A stretch of 43,468 nt of DNA from an uncultured Gammaproteobacteria bacterium (GTDB lineage: Bacteria > Patescibacteriota > Microgenomatia > Levybacterales > GWA1-39-11), in the NCBI GenBank assembly GCA_964490835.1, contig CAZBEA010000003.1:1-43468 (forward strand), written 5' to 3'. Below are positions 33,549-42,332 of this stretch, piece by piece. The notes beneath the pieces were generated by a model that was not told the origin of the DNA, did no database searches, and saw nothing but the letters and a program-made list of their open reading frames with translations. Position numbers and translations under genes: made by a program. How positions within the stretch are numbered: position 1 is the first letter of the stretch; every line of letters starts with the position of its first letter.

Positions 33549-34975
33549 TTATTGATCAGCTCTTTACCGAGAGTATATACGTCTCCTGCCCCCATTGTTA
33601 TGACAACGAACTCAGAATCCGTATGGCCGAGAACGTATTCTACCACACTGGACCTGTCTTCGAGAAGCACGGCGCTTGAATTATTTTTTTGAAATCCCGG
33701 CAAAATATTAAATGTATCCGAATTTTCTTGCTCCCTTTTGGTAATAAAAACCGGGAGCAAAACGAGCTGCTCAACGCCTGCAAAAGAATAAGAAAATTCA
33801 TCTAACAAAGCTGTTGTCCGAGATAGAGTGTGCGGCTGAAAGATACAAAGAATTTTTTTATTGGGATATGCCAATCGAACAGCAGAAAGCGTTTTTGTTA
33901 TCTCCTCAGGATGGTGAGCATAGTCATCGATAACAACTGCCCCGTTATTTAGATTGCCGACAATCTCAAACCTTCTTTTAGTACCTGTAAACACCTGTAG
34001 TGCACTTTTTATTCTCTCCCGATCTATTCCGATTTGTTCACATAATGCTATAACTCCTAAAGCATTGAGGGTATTATGAACTCCGGGAATATGTATCGTA
34101 AATTCATCATTACTGCCGTTTTTTCTGAGGACTTGAAAGGTAATCGACCTTCCATTTTCTTTATAATCACCTAACGCGTAGTCGTTATTTGTGGCAATTC
34201 CGTAGGTAACAATATTTCGATCCCCCAATGTTTCGATGATCGACAAAATCCGTTTGTCGTCTCCATTTACGACAATAAAACCATTTGGGTCAACCTGTGT
34301 CATAAAATCTGCAAAGACTTTTTCAATCTGATCAATTGATTCATAAAAATCAGGGTGATCAAAATCGATATTATTTATAATCTGGATATATGGAAATTGA
34401 TAGAGAAGTTTTGGCTTCCGATCGTATTGAAGTTCTGACACGTATTCATCCGCCTCAGCAATAAAATATTCTCCACTTCCATAATGACCCGGATTTCCTA
34501 TGGGAAAAAGTGAACTCGTTCCAACAACATAACTCGGATCAAGTCCCAGCTCCCTAAAGACGGTTGCAAGCATTCCCGAAATCGTCGTTTTGCCATGAGA
34601 TCCTGCTATAGATATTCCTTTGAACGACCTCCCAAATACATCTCCCTTCATAAATTCCCCCACTGCCTGTCCATGTGTTAAAACCCTGATATCTTTTGTT
34701 ATCGCCCACTTTACCTGTGGATTATCAAATCCTCCATGAGCGGAAGTTGTAATGACCAAAACTTCTTTCGGATCAACACCATTCATGAAATTGGCAATTT
34801 CTTCTTCCGCAAAAGAATGAGTATAGAGAATTTCATTTTGTCGGAGAACTTCATCTGTAATAAATTCACTTTCAATATCCGACCCTCGCACTTCTATTCC
34901 TGCTCCTTTCGCGACTAACGCCAGAGAGGTCAATCCTACCCCTTTAATTCCTACAAAAAAAATCTTTTTATACAT
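33545..34975 (-). CDS. murC: UDP-N-acetylmuramate--L-alanine ligase
   Basis: N-terminal Rossmann FFVGIKGVGLTSLA, P-loop IAGSHGKTTISGML, DDYAHHPEEI and the C-terminal domain. Confidence 0.92.
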   Translation of the reverse strand: MYKKIFFVGIKGVGLTSLALVAKGAGIEVRGSDIESEFITDEVLRQNEILYTHSFAEEEIANFMNGVDPKEVLVITTSAHGGFDNPQVKWAITKDIRVLTHGQAVGEFMKGDVFGRSFKGISIAGSHGKTTISGMLATVFRELGLDPSYVVGTSSLFPIGNPGHYGSGEYFIAEADEYVSELQYDRKPKLLYQFPYIQIINNIDFDHPDFYESIDQIEKVFADFMTQVDPNGFIVVNGDDKRILSIIETLGDRNIVTYGIATNNDYALGDYKENGRSITFQVLRKNGSNDEFTIHIPGVHNTLNALGVIALCEQIGIDRERIKSALQVFTGTKRRFEIVGNLNNGAVVIDDYAHHPEEITKTLSAVRLAYPNKKILCIFQPHTLSRTTALLDEFSYSFAGVEQLVLLPVFITKREQENSDTFNILPGFQKNNSSAVLLEDRSSVVEYVLGHTDSEFVVITMGAGDVYTLGKELINK

Positions 34976-35645
34976 ATCTCATTTCTGCTACTGTCACAAA
35001 CCGTTCTGTTTTATTACCTTTCCGATACGAAAAATAACGCTCGTCTTCTTTGGTACATCGCTCTAATTGTTGCACATTTGAGGCTGCAATGCCATTGGTA
35101 ATTAATTTTCTATATACTGCATCCCGAATGTTTATGTGATATTGATCTTTTTTTTCATAAACAGATTCAGGAAAGGCATTTTTAAAATGTTCATATCTTG
35201 CAGAATCAACCGCATAACATTCTTCACAGATGCATGGGCCCAAAAACGCATATACATTTTGAAATTCGGAATTATGCTTTCTTAGGAAATCTATTCCAAC
35301 ATCAATAATTCCTTTTAAAATTCCTCTATATCCACAATGTTGAACGATAAGAATTTTTTGCAATGGATCATATAGTACAAGTGGGAGACAATCGGCTGTT
35401 TTAATAACCAAACAGCGCGAGGATGCTTCTGTCCAAACCGAATCACCCATGACTTGCTCGCCAACAGCATGAGATAACAAGATTCCATGGTCCTGCGACA
35501 TGCCGGAATACAGAGAAGACATGCTATTTTGAGACAAAAAACGATCAAGATTATGAATACCTGCAGAACTACTCATCTCTCCGTCACGTATATCCGAAAT
35601 GGCGATTACTATTTTTGTAGAAAATATTTCTTTTTCGAATATCAT
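34968..35645 (-). CDS. pgeF: YfiH/PgeF-family (DUF152, laccase-domain) peptidoglycan editing factor
   Basis: KTADCLPLVL and VQHCGYRGIL... (His-Cys-His centre pattern). The size (225 aa) fits the family. 8-nt overlap with murC. Confidence 0.75.
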   Translation of the reverse strand: MIFEKEIFSTKIVIAISDIRDGEMSSSAGIHNLDRFLSQNSMSSLYSGMSQDHGILLSHAVGEQVMGDSVWTEASSRCLVIKTADCLPLVLYDPLQKILIVQHCGYRGILKGIIDVGIDFLRKHNSEFQNVYAFLGPCICEECYAVDSARYEHFKNAFPESVYEKKDQYHINIRDAVYRKLITNGIAASNVQQLERCTKEDERYFSYRKGNKTERFVTVAEMRYV

Positions 35646-36836
35646 TTACAATGAAGATAATATACACTCCCGGTCGCTCCAATCATATTCCGTCCCTTTA
35701 ATGTTCATAGATTTCTCATGCCCCTTACCGGTTACCAAAACCAAATCATTTTTTTGCGCAATTGAAAGAGCTTTTTGAATCGCCTCTCCTCTATCAACGA
35801 TTACAGAGTACTCTTTTTGGGAATTTTTATTAAGACTTTTTGTTTTGTTAAATTTCTTATGTATCCCCTCGGCAATTTCCTCACATATTTGAACCGGGTC
35901 TTCAAATCTTGGATCTTCACTCGTCAAAATAATCACATCAGCATATTTGGATGAGCATTCGCCCATGAATGGTCTTTTTGTGCGATCCCTGTCCCCAGCG
36001 CTGCCAAACACATGAATTATTCTCCCATTTACTTTTTTTCTGAGATGAGAAAGAATCATATCAATCGAATTGGGAGTATGTGCAAAGTCTACCATGACTT
36101 GAAAATCATCAAGATATACGTACTCTTGCCTGCCTTCGGGGAGAACAAAGTTGGATAGTTTTTGTTCGGCGTCTTTGGCAACATCTACGGAAACTTGGCA
36201 AACCGCCGCGATTGCAGCAAGTCGATTTGAGGTGTTAAAGTCGTCTCCACTGATTCCGACTTTTTGGGGATAAAAATCAGCGTTACGGTTTTTTGTAGAG
36301 TATGTCACAACCCTTTTGCCTATCAACTTCTGAATAAGATGTTCATACGATGAATCGTCTTTGTTGAGAATTGAAACTTTGGATAATTTGAGTAATTTCA
36401 ATTTTGCTGCTCGGTATTTTTCAATTGTCTTATGATAATCAAGGTGTTCATGGGTAATATTTGTAATTACGCCCACATTGAAGGGGATTCCATATGCCCT
36501 ATTCTGATCAAGAGCATGGGATGTCACTTCCAATACCAAATGGGTACATCCTTCTTTTTTTATTTGCTTAATGATTCTCTGCAATGCAAATCCTGACGGA
36601 GTTGTGACATGAAAACCCGTATCGATCAATTTACCATTTACATATGCTCCAATTGTGGAGACTACCGCAACTTTATACCCGCTTGCTTGGAGAAGATGAT
36701 AAATTAAATTGGCCGTTGTAGTTTTACCATCAGTTCCTGTTACACCAATAACAAATAGGCTTTTTGCCGGATAATTAAAACCAAGCGCCGCAACAAGCGA
36801 CTGAATAAGATGATAATAATTTTTGATCTTTTGCAT
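35646..36836 (-). CDS. murE: MurE-type Mur ligase (UDP-MurNAc-L-Ala-D-Glu:diamino acid ligase) lacking the usual N-terminal domain
   Basis: GVTGTDGKTT (P-loop at residues 31-40), LVLEVTSHALDQNR, ITNITHEHLDYH, VDFAHTPNS, FGSAGDRDRTKRPFMG and LTSEDPRFEDP. The ORF cannot extend upstream, because only 42 nt separate it from the ftsI stop. Confidence 0.8.
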   Translation of the reverse strand: MQKIKNYYHLIQSLVAALGFNYPAKSLFVIGVTGTDGKTTTANLIYHLLQASGYKVAVVSTIGAYVNGKLIDTGFHVTTPSGFALQRIIKQIKKEGCTHLVLEVTSHALDQNRAYGIPFNVGVITNITHEHLDYHKTIEKYRAAKLKLLKLSKVSILNKDDSSYEHLIQKLIGKRVVTYSTKNRNADFYPQKVGISGDDFNTSNRLAAIAAVCQVSVDVAKDAEQKLSNFVLPEGRQEYVYLDDFQVMVDFAHTPNSIDMILSHLRKKVNGRIIHVFGSAGDRDRTKRPFMGECSSKYADVIILTSEDPRFEDPVQICEEIAEGIHKKFNKTKSLNKNSQKEYSVIVDRGEAIQKALSIAQKNDLVLVTGKGHEKSMNIKGTEYDWSDRECILSSL

Positions 36837-36878
36837 GGGGCTATCTTATTATATTGCGGCACAATCTATCTTTCAATC

Positions 36879-38561
36879 TTAGTATGACGGGGGTATTTTG
36901 TAGTAATTTATTACATCTTCCGCAATTTTGAAAAAGATCGGCGCAGCTGTTTCAGATCCGTAAATAGAAGTCTTCGGCCTGTTTACCAAGACCAGCATCG
37001 AAACCGTTGGATCCTCAGCCGGATAAAATCCGACAAATGATGCAATCGTTTGACTCGGATCATAGTGTCCCGCGACTGGAATCTGAGCGGTACCGGTTTT
37101 ACCGGCTACTCTATAACCTTTCAACTTTGTCCATTTAGATTCTCCTTTCTCTACAGCATTCACCATCATTGCTGTCATGACCTTTGCGGTCGAGGATTTT
37201 ATAGGTTCACCAATTTTTTCGGGCTCTGTTTCAAAAACCTCTCCTGAATCATCGGTAATATATGATGCTACAAACGGTTTCATCATAATTCCGTCATTTG
37301 CGATAGAATTTACTGCTGTAAGAAGCTGTATCGGAGTAATCGAGATTCCCTGACCAAAACTCGCAGTTGCCAAGTCTATCGGATACCATTCGTTCTCATC
37401 ACGTATCACACCGGTTGCTTCTCCTTGGAGATCGATATTGGTAACATTTCCTATTCCGAACCGTTCCAAATAGTCGATGAGTTTGTCTACACCCAATTTT
37501 CGAGCCGTAAAGACCATGCCGGTATTATCCGAGTGTTGAATAACCTCAGTCATCGTAGTATCCGGGTAATATTTATTATTCCAGGTTTTTATTTGGTACT
37601 CACCGATCTCAACAGGTTTGGAACACTCATTACACTTCGTATTAGGCTTAACCACTCCCGCATCAATCCCTGAGGCCATCACAAGAACTTTAAAAGTTGA
37701 ACCCGGTTCGTAGAGGTTGGAGATCGCCGGGTTTTGGTAATCGGTTGCCTCGTAATATTTTTGTGGATCAAACTGAGGAAATGACGCCATAGCCAGCACT
37801 GCTCCTGTTTTTGGATTCATGACAATTACGGTCCCACCTTCTGCCTCGTAGGACCGTATCCCGTTTTTTAGTTTTTCTTCGACGATATATTGGACTGTTC
37901 TGTCGAGTGTCAGTTTTATGGTTCGACCGTCAATCTTCTCTTCTTCGCGAATGTCTGAAAGAATGGGATTTCCCAAGGCATCTCGAATGATATATGAGGC
38001 ACCACCGCGGCCTTGCAGAAGCTCGTCATAGTAGCCTTCTATCCCAAAATAACCCTTATCATTTCCATAATTGTCCTTTCCTACAAATCCAACTAAGTGT
38101 GCTGACATCGATGCCTCCGGGTAGTATCGTGCAGCTCTTGTTTCAAACCCTATACCCTTAAATTCTAAATTTTCTATCTCCTTCTTTTTCTCAAGTGTTA
38201 AATTATCAGCCAGCTTCACCCAAAAAAGATCTTTCTCAAGAGCGGCAGATATGGATGCTTGATCCCGACCCACCAGATGCGAGATGCGATTGGCATAATC
38301 GAATTTGGTATCGATAAGCTGAGGGTTGGCATACATAAGGTATGAAAATTGATTTGTCGCGAGTGGATATCCGTCTTGGAATAATATTTCCCCCCTCTGC
38401 GGAGGATTTGTAATCGTTTCTGTGCTCTGAGCTCTTCCTAAATCGCGTAAATCCTGAGCTCTAACAACCTGCCAATACGATAACCTAATAACGATACATG
38501 CATAAAAAAATACGAGGACTAAAAAGACAACTGAGAATCTCAGCGTTTCTAATTTCTTCAT
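36879..38561 (-). CDS. ftsI: Class B penicillin-binding protein (FtsI/PBP2-type transpeptidase)
   Basis: TM anchor, PBP dimerisation domain, then SxxK (GSTFKV), SxN (HSDNTG) and KTGT (AGKTGTAQ). Confidence 0.9.
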   Translation of the reverse strand: MKKLETLRFSVVFLVLVFFYACIVIRLSYWQVVRAQDLRDLGRAQSTETITNPPQRGEILFQDGYPLATNQFSYLMYANPQLIDTKFDYANRISHLVGRDQASISAALEKDLFWVKLADNLTLEKKKEIENLEFKGIGFETRAARYYPEASMSAHLVGFVGKDNYGNDKGYFGIEGYYDELLQGRGGASYIIRDALGNPILSDIREEEKIDGRTIKLTLDRTVQYIVEEKLKNGIRSYEAEGGTVIVMNPKTGAVLAMASFPQFDPQKYYEATDYQNPAISNLYEPGSTFKVLVMASGIDAGVVKPNTKCNECSKPVEIGEYQIKTWNNKYYPDTTMTEVIQHSDNTGMVFTARKLGVDKLIDYLERFGIGNVTNIDLQGEATGVIRDENEWYPIDLATASFGQGISITPIQLLTAVNSIANDGIMMKPFVASYITDDSGEVFETEPEKIGEPIKSSTAKVMTAMMVNAVEKGESKWTKLKGYRVAGKTGTAQIPVAGHYDPSQTIASFVGFYPAEDPTVSMLVLVNRPKTSIYGSETAAPIFFKIAEDVINYYKIPPSY

Positions 38562-38842
38562 CGAATCATAGCGATCGGGAGATCCTCATATAATGATATA
38601 TGAGATTTCGATTCTGTAAATCCGAGCGTTGCCGCACGAGAAGCTACCTCTTCAAAAGCCGTATATTCTAGAATTTTTGAAGATAACATACTGTTCTCCT
38701 CTTCAAGTTCTTGAATTTTTGAGGTAAGTGAGCCCGCGTTGAGACTGTCTGCTGCAACCTTATTGGCAACAGAGAGATGAACTACCTCGAGTAAAATCGC
38801 GACTATTGATAGCACTGTGATAATAAAACCGTACTTTTTCAT
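38558..38842 (-). CDS. ftsL: FtsL-like small bitopic division protein
   Basis: A 94-aa protein with one TM helix followed by a heptad-rich segment (KIQELEEENSMLSSKILE) and ...AATLGF.... It lies between rsmH and ftsI, with ATGA overlaps on both sides. Confidence 0.55.
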   Translation of the reverse strand: MKKYGFIITVLSIVAILLEVVHLSVANKVAADSLNAGSLTSKIQELEEENSMLSSKILEYTAFEEVASRAATLGFTESKSHISLYEDLPIAMIR

Positions 38843-39708
38843 AATTTTTCTAAAGCTCTCATTTTTGCTGAGCGTGAACGAACATTCTTTTTAGTTTCTT
38901 TCCAATCAGCCGTTATTGGTTTTTTGGATATAATCCTTCCCATATTATTTTCTGATTTGTTTTCAAAAAAACGTTTCACAATTCTGTCCTCCAGCGAATG
39001 GAAACTTATGACCACAAGTCTTCCATTCTTCTGTACTATTTCAAATCCCTCTCTCAGGCCCTCTTCCAGAACATCCAATTCCTTGTTCGCCTCAATTCTC
39101 AGAGCTTGAAATACCCGCGTTGCAGGGTGAATTCTTTTTTCACCCGAAACACTTTTTACAATTTCAACTAGCTCACCTGTCATTTCAATTCTATTTACTC
39201 GACGGGCGCCAAGAATAGCACGAGCAATTTGTTCTGCATAAGGTTCTTCACCAAATTTCGTAAATGTTTCATATAAATCTTCAAAGCTATAATTGTTTAC
39301 AATCGTCTTGGCATCAAGAGTCCCATCTTTATGCATTTTCATGTTCAAATCCTCATTTCTTTGAAATGAAAACCCTCTTCCCGATGCGTCAATTTGGTAA
39401 CTTGAAACACCCAAATCGAATAGAACCCCAAATGGACGAATATCATAACTCCTACAGATCTCTTGCAACCTGCTAAAATTTCCAATACTGATACGAACGT
39501 TTTCCTCACCTGAAAACCTCTTTTTCAAATGAGCGATCGCATCCTCATCCTGATCAATACACACAACTCGTCCACCACGTTCTAAAATTTCCTGCGTATG
39601 CCCACCTCCTCCGGCAGTCGCGTCGACATACCAAAAATTTGGCTTCACTTCCAGAAAATCTACAGCTTTTTGTAAAAGTACGCTTGTATGCTTAAATTCA
39701 CTTCCCAT
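38839..39708 (-). CDS. rsmH: 16S rRNA (cytosine1402-N4)-methyltransferase
   Basis: HTSVLLQKAVDFL, VDATAGGGGHT, DLGVSSYQ and SFHSLEDRIVK. The ORF-track start at 39738 is TTG; the ATG at 39708 gives MGSEFKHTSVLL. Confidence 0.93.
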   Translation of the reverse strand: MGSEFKHTSVLLQKAVDFLEVKPNFWYVDATAGGGGHTQEILERGGRVVCIDQDEDAIAHLKKRFSGEENVRISIGNFSRLQEICRSYDIRPFGVLFDLGVSSYQIDASGRGFSFQRNEDLNMKMHKDGTLDAKTIVNNYSFEDLYETFTKFGEEPYAEQIARAILGARRVNRIEMTGELVEIVKSVSGEKRIHPATRVFQALRIEANKELDVLEEGLREGFEIVQKNGRLVVISFHSLEDRIVKRFFENKSENNMGRIISKKPITADWKETKKNVRSRSAKMRALEKL

Positions 39709-40138
39709 TTCCGATATTCTCAATGAGCCCTTCCGCAATGCTTGCTATATTCTTCGTTGCATTTTCCTGATATTCTTCCCAACGCTTTTTATCCCAAATT
39801 TCCGCATACCTATATAACCCAACCACAACGACTTCCTCTCCTATTTTTCCAAATCCTCTCAAATATTCAGGTATTACAAATCTTCCCTGAGCATCTAAGT
39901 CGCAAAGTGTCGCTCCTCCTAAGAGATATCGTTGCGTATCCCGAGCTCCACTGAGAAGGAATGGCTTGTCTTCTGTTCCTTCAAGTAATGCCTTCCAATT
40001 CCTTTCCGACACCACCATTAACGCCCCCTCAAAACCACGGGTTACAATAATCCTCTCACCGAGCTCTGCTCGAAATCTCTTTGGAAATGCGATTCTTCCT
40101 GAAGTGCCTGCCTTTATTAGATACTGACCAATTAGCAT
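39698..40138 (-). CDS. mraZ: Transcriptional regulator MraZ
   Basis: Two SpoVT/AbrB-like halves carrying the DxxxR-type motifs GRIAFPKRFR and GRFVIPEYLR. It is the first gene of the dcw cluster. Confidence 0.92.
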   Translation of the reverse strand: MLIGQYLIKAGTSGRIAFPKRFRAELGERIIVTRGFEGALMVVSERNWKALLEGTEDKPFLLSGARDTQRYLLGGATLCDLDAQGRFVIPEYLRGFGKIGEEVVVVGLYRYAEIWDKKRWEEYQENATKNIASIAEGLIENIGNGK

Positions 40139-40142
40139 AATT

Positions 40143-40177
40143 CACCATTTTATTCCATCACTCACCAATATTTTCCA
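40143..40177 (-). promoter_or_regulatory. Four phased TGG(A/T)(A/G) direct repeats (candidate MraZ operator)
   Basis: The minus strand reads TGGAA-AATAT-TGGTG-AGTGA-TGGAA-TAAAA-TGGTG-AATT-ATG. The TGG triplets fall at 40177, 40167, 40157 and 40147, an exact 10-bp period that forms two 20-bp super-repeats. Confidence 0.45.
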
Positions 40178-40205
40178 TTTTGCATCAAATGCTACGCTAT
40201 GTCAA
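40177..40205 (-). promoter_or_regulatory. Candidate dcw (Pmra-like) promoter
   Basis: On the minus strand: TTGACA (40200-40205), 17 nt spacer, CAAAAT (40177-40182). The -10 abuts the first TGG repeat, leaving a ~30-35 nt leader before the mraZ ATG. Confidence 0.35.
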
Positions 40206-40289
40206 TACAATATCCACCAAAATAGTGGAAGCATAATACAAACAACACTATATAGTGAAAATATTACAAGAAGTTATAAAAGCAAAGAG

Positions 40290-40763
40290 TTATTCGAGGG
40301 AAACACTGGATTCTGCAACACCGATTTCTCCATTTACATAGTTTACACGGATTACAACAGATACTTCAGCCACTCCTTTATCATACTTACAGGTGCCTGA
40401 AGAACATGTTCCGAGATCAACGTCGTGCGATACCTTTTTACCGGGTACTACTTCCAATTCTCCTATCGCACCACGTGGAACTGTTTCTCCGTTCTCGATT
40501 GCATCATATGAGAGCTCGTATTCAAAACCTTTTATTCCTTCGATGTTGGCAATTTCAATTCTTATTTTTTGATTGTTACTAACCGGCGTCAGTGTGAGCC
40601 CAATTTCCTCAGGTGTCACCTCTTTTGCCGTCATTTTTTTTGTTTGGGTAGGAGCTGTGGTCTTCTCTTCTGTGCCGCCGCCCAGTAGAAAGAATAATCC
40701 TCCAAAGAGTCCAACCAGAATAAGAACCGCTCCACCAATCAGAATAAGGTTTGATTTCTTCAT
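40290..40763 (-). CDS. Small N-terminally anchored extracytoplasmic beta-rich protein, unknown function
   Basis: MKKSNLILIGGAVLILVGLFGGLFFLLGGG is the anchor or signal sequence. A T/K/E-rich linker follows, then a ~100-aa beta-strand-patterned domain with a Cys pair (GTCSSGTCKYD). Confidence 0.6.
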   Translation of the reverse strand: MKKSNLILIGGAVLILVGLFGGLFFLLGGGTEEKTTAPTQTKKMTAKEVTPEEIGLTLTPVSNNQKIRIEIANIEGIKGFEYELSYDAIENGETVPRGAIGELEVVPGKKVSHDVDLGTCSSGTCKYDKGVAEVSVVIRVNYVNGEIGVAESSVSLE

Positions 40764-40806
40764 TGCAATAATAACTCTACAAAAATTATATGAGTTGAGT
40801 CAAGCT

Positions 40807-42273
40807 CTAAATTTTCCAATCTCGCATTCTGTCCTGAATATAATCTTCAAGACTTCCTAAAGCAACTCTGTCTTGGTGCGCCGTATCCCGATTCCGAACC
40901 GTAACAGTATCGTCGTCAAGTGTTTGGAAATCAACGGTGACGCAAAATGGCGTCCCAATCTCATCTTGGGATAAATACCGCTTTCCAATATTTCCACGAG
41001 CATCAAACGTTGCGTGGAATTTTCTTTTTACGTTTTTATATACGTTTTGCGCTTTACTTACCAAATCTTCTTTATTTGCCAGAAGTGGGAATACGGCTAC
41101 CTTAAAAGGAGCAAGAGCCGGCGAGAGTCTCAAAACAACTCGATCCCCATCTTCATGATATGCATCACAAAGCGTCATAAGAAAAATCCTATTAATACCC
41201 ACCGCAGGTTCTATTACATGGGGCAGTGTCTTTTTGCCGGATTGTGAATCCACAACTCGGAGTTCTTTGCCTGATCCTTTTTCGTGTTGCGAGAGGTCAT
41301 AATCAGTTCTGTACGCAAGCCCCCATAATTCTTTAAAACCGAAAGGAAAGTTATATTCAAGATCTTCAGTCCGTCTGCTGTAAAAGGATCGTTCTTCATC
41401 GGTATGCTCACGCCAACGAAGATTTTCTGCCCTGATTCCTATTTTTTGAGTAATGAATGACCACATGTCGCTCTTCCAATTTTCAAATATTTCCTCCCAA
41501 TTACTTACCTCCGGATCGAAGAAGTACTCTATTTCACCCTGTTCAAATTCCAAAGTTCTAAAAACAGAATTACCCGGTGTAATTTCGTTGCGAAAACTCT
41601 TTCCAAGCTGTGCAATACCAAAAGGCATCTTAACCCGTGTGGAAGACAGGATGTTTGAAAAGTTGATAAACATTCCCTGTGCCGTTTCGCCTCGAAGATA
41701 TGCAAGACTCTGGTCTCCTTCGATAATACCCAAATTAACGGGAAATAGTAAATTAAATTTACGCACATTAGTCCACTCTAATTTTTCACAGTTTGGACAA
41801 GTGATCTGAAAGATTTTTATAAACTCATCAAATTCTTGATCACTCCAGCCTTCTACCTTTCCTGTTTCAAAAGCATTGGAAATTTTTTGTTCGGACAAAA
41901 CATCATACTTTCCGTCCAAATTTGAATTCGAAGGTCGTTCTTTTTGTAACTCAATCCATTCCTCAACTAAATGATCTGCTCTTTTTCTCAATTTACAACT
42001 ACGACAATCAATAAGCGCATCGGCAAATCCACCAACATGGCCAGACGATTTCCATACCTCCTGATGCGAAATGAGTGACGCTTCAAGTCCAACGATATCG
42101 TCTTTTCCGTGAACAAATTCCTCCCACCACGCATTTCGAATATTCCGTAACAATTCCACCCCTGCAGGACCGTAATCATACGTATTGGCAAGTCCCCCGT
42201 AAATATCCGAACCTGGGTATATAAACCCACGTCTTTTTGCGAGAGCTGTAATGACTGATAAATCTTTTACCAT
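40807..42273 (-). CDS. glyQS: Glycine--tRNA ligase (alpha2 homodimeric class II type)
   Basis: RRGFIYPGSDIYGGLANTYDYGPAGVELLRNIRNAWW, class II motifs 2 and 3 (FRNEITP..., GINRIFL), and a C-terminal anticodon-binding domain. Confidence 0.95.
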   Translation of the reverse strand: MVKDLSVITALAKRRGFIYPGSDIYGGLANTYDYGPAGVELLRNIRNAWWEEFVHGKDDIVGLEASLISHQEVWKSSGHVGGFADALIDCRSCKLRKRADHLVEEWIELQKERPSNSNLDGKYDVLSEQKISNAFETGKVEGWSDQEFDEFIKIFQITCPNCEKLEWTNVRKFNLLFPVNLGIIEGDQSLAYLRGETAQGMFINFSNILSSTRVKMPFGIAQLGKSFRNEITPGNSVFRTLEFEQGEIEYFFDPEVSNWEEIFENWKSDMWSFITQKIGIRAENLRWREHTDEERSFYSRRTEDLEYNFPFGFKELWGLAYRTDYDLSQHEKGSGKELRVVDSQSGKKTLPHVIEPAVGINRIFLMTLCDAYHEDGDRVVLRLSPALAPFKVAVFPLLANKEDLVSKAQNVYKNVKRKFHATFDARGNIGKRYLSQDEIGTPFCVTVDFQTLDDDTVTVRNRDTAHQDRVALGSLEDYIQDRMRDWKI

Positions 42274-42332
42274 GTGAGTTGTACTGAGTCGTAGTATATC
42301 AAAGCCGTGTAGGTGAGTAAAGAAAGGAAGAA

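Noticed and set aside
40214-40228. The small inverted repeat CCAC-N7-GTGG upstream of the predicted dcw -35.
   Set aside because: The arms are only 4 bp and are out of phase with the TGG boxes, so the repeat is indistinguishable from chance.
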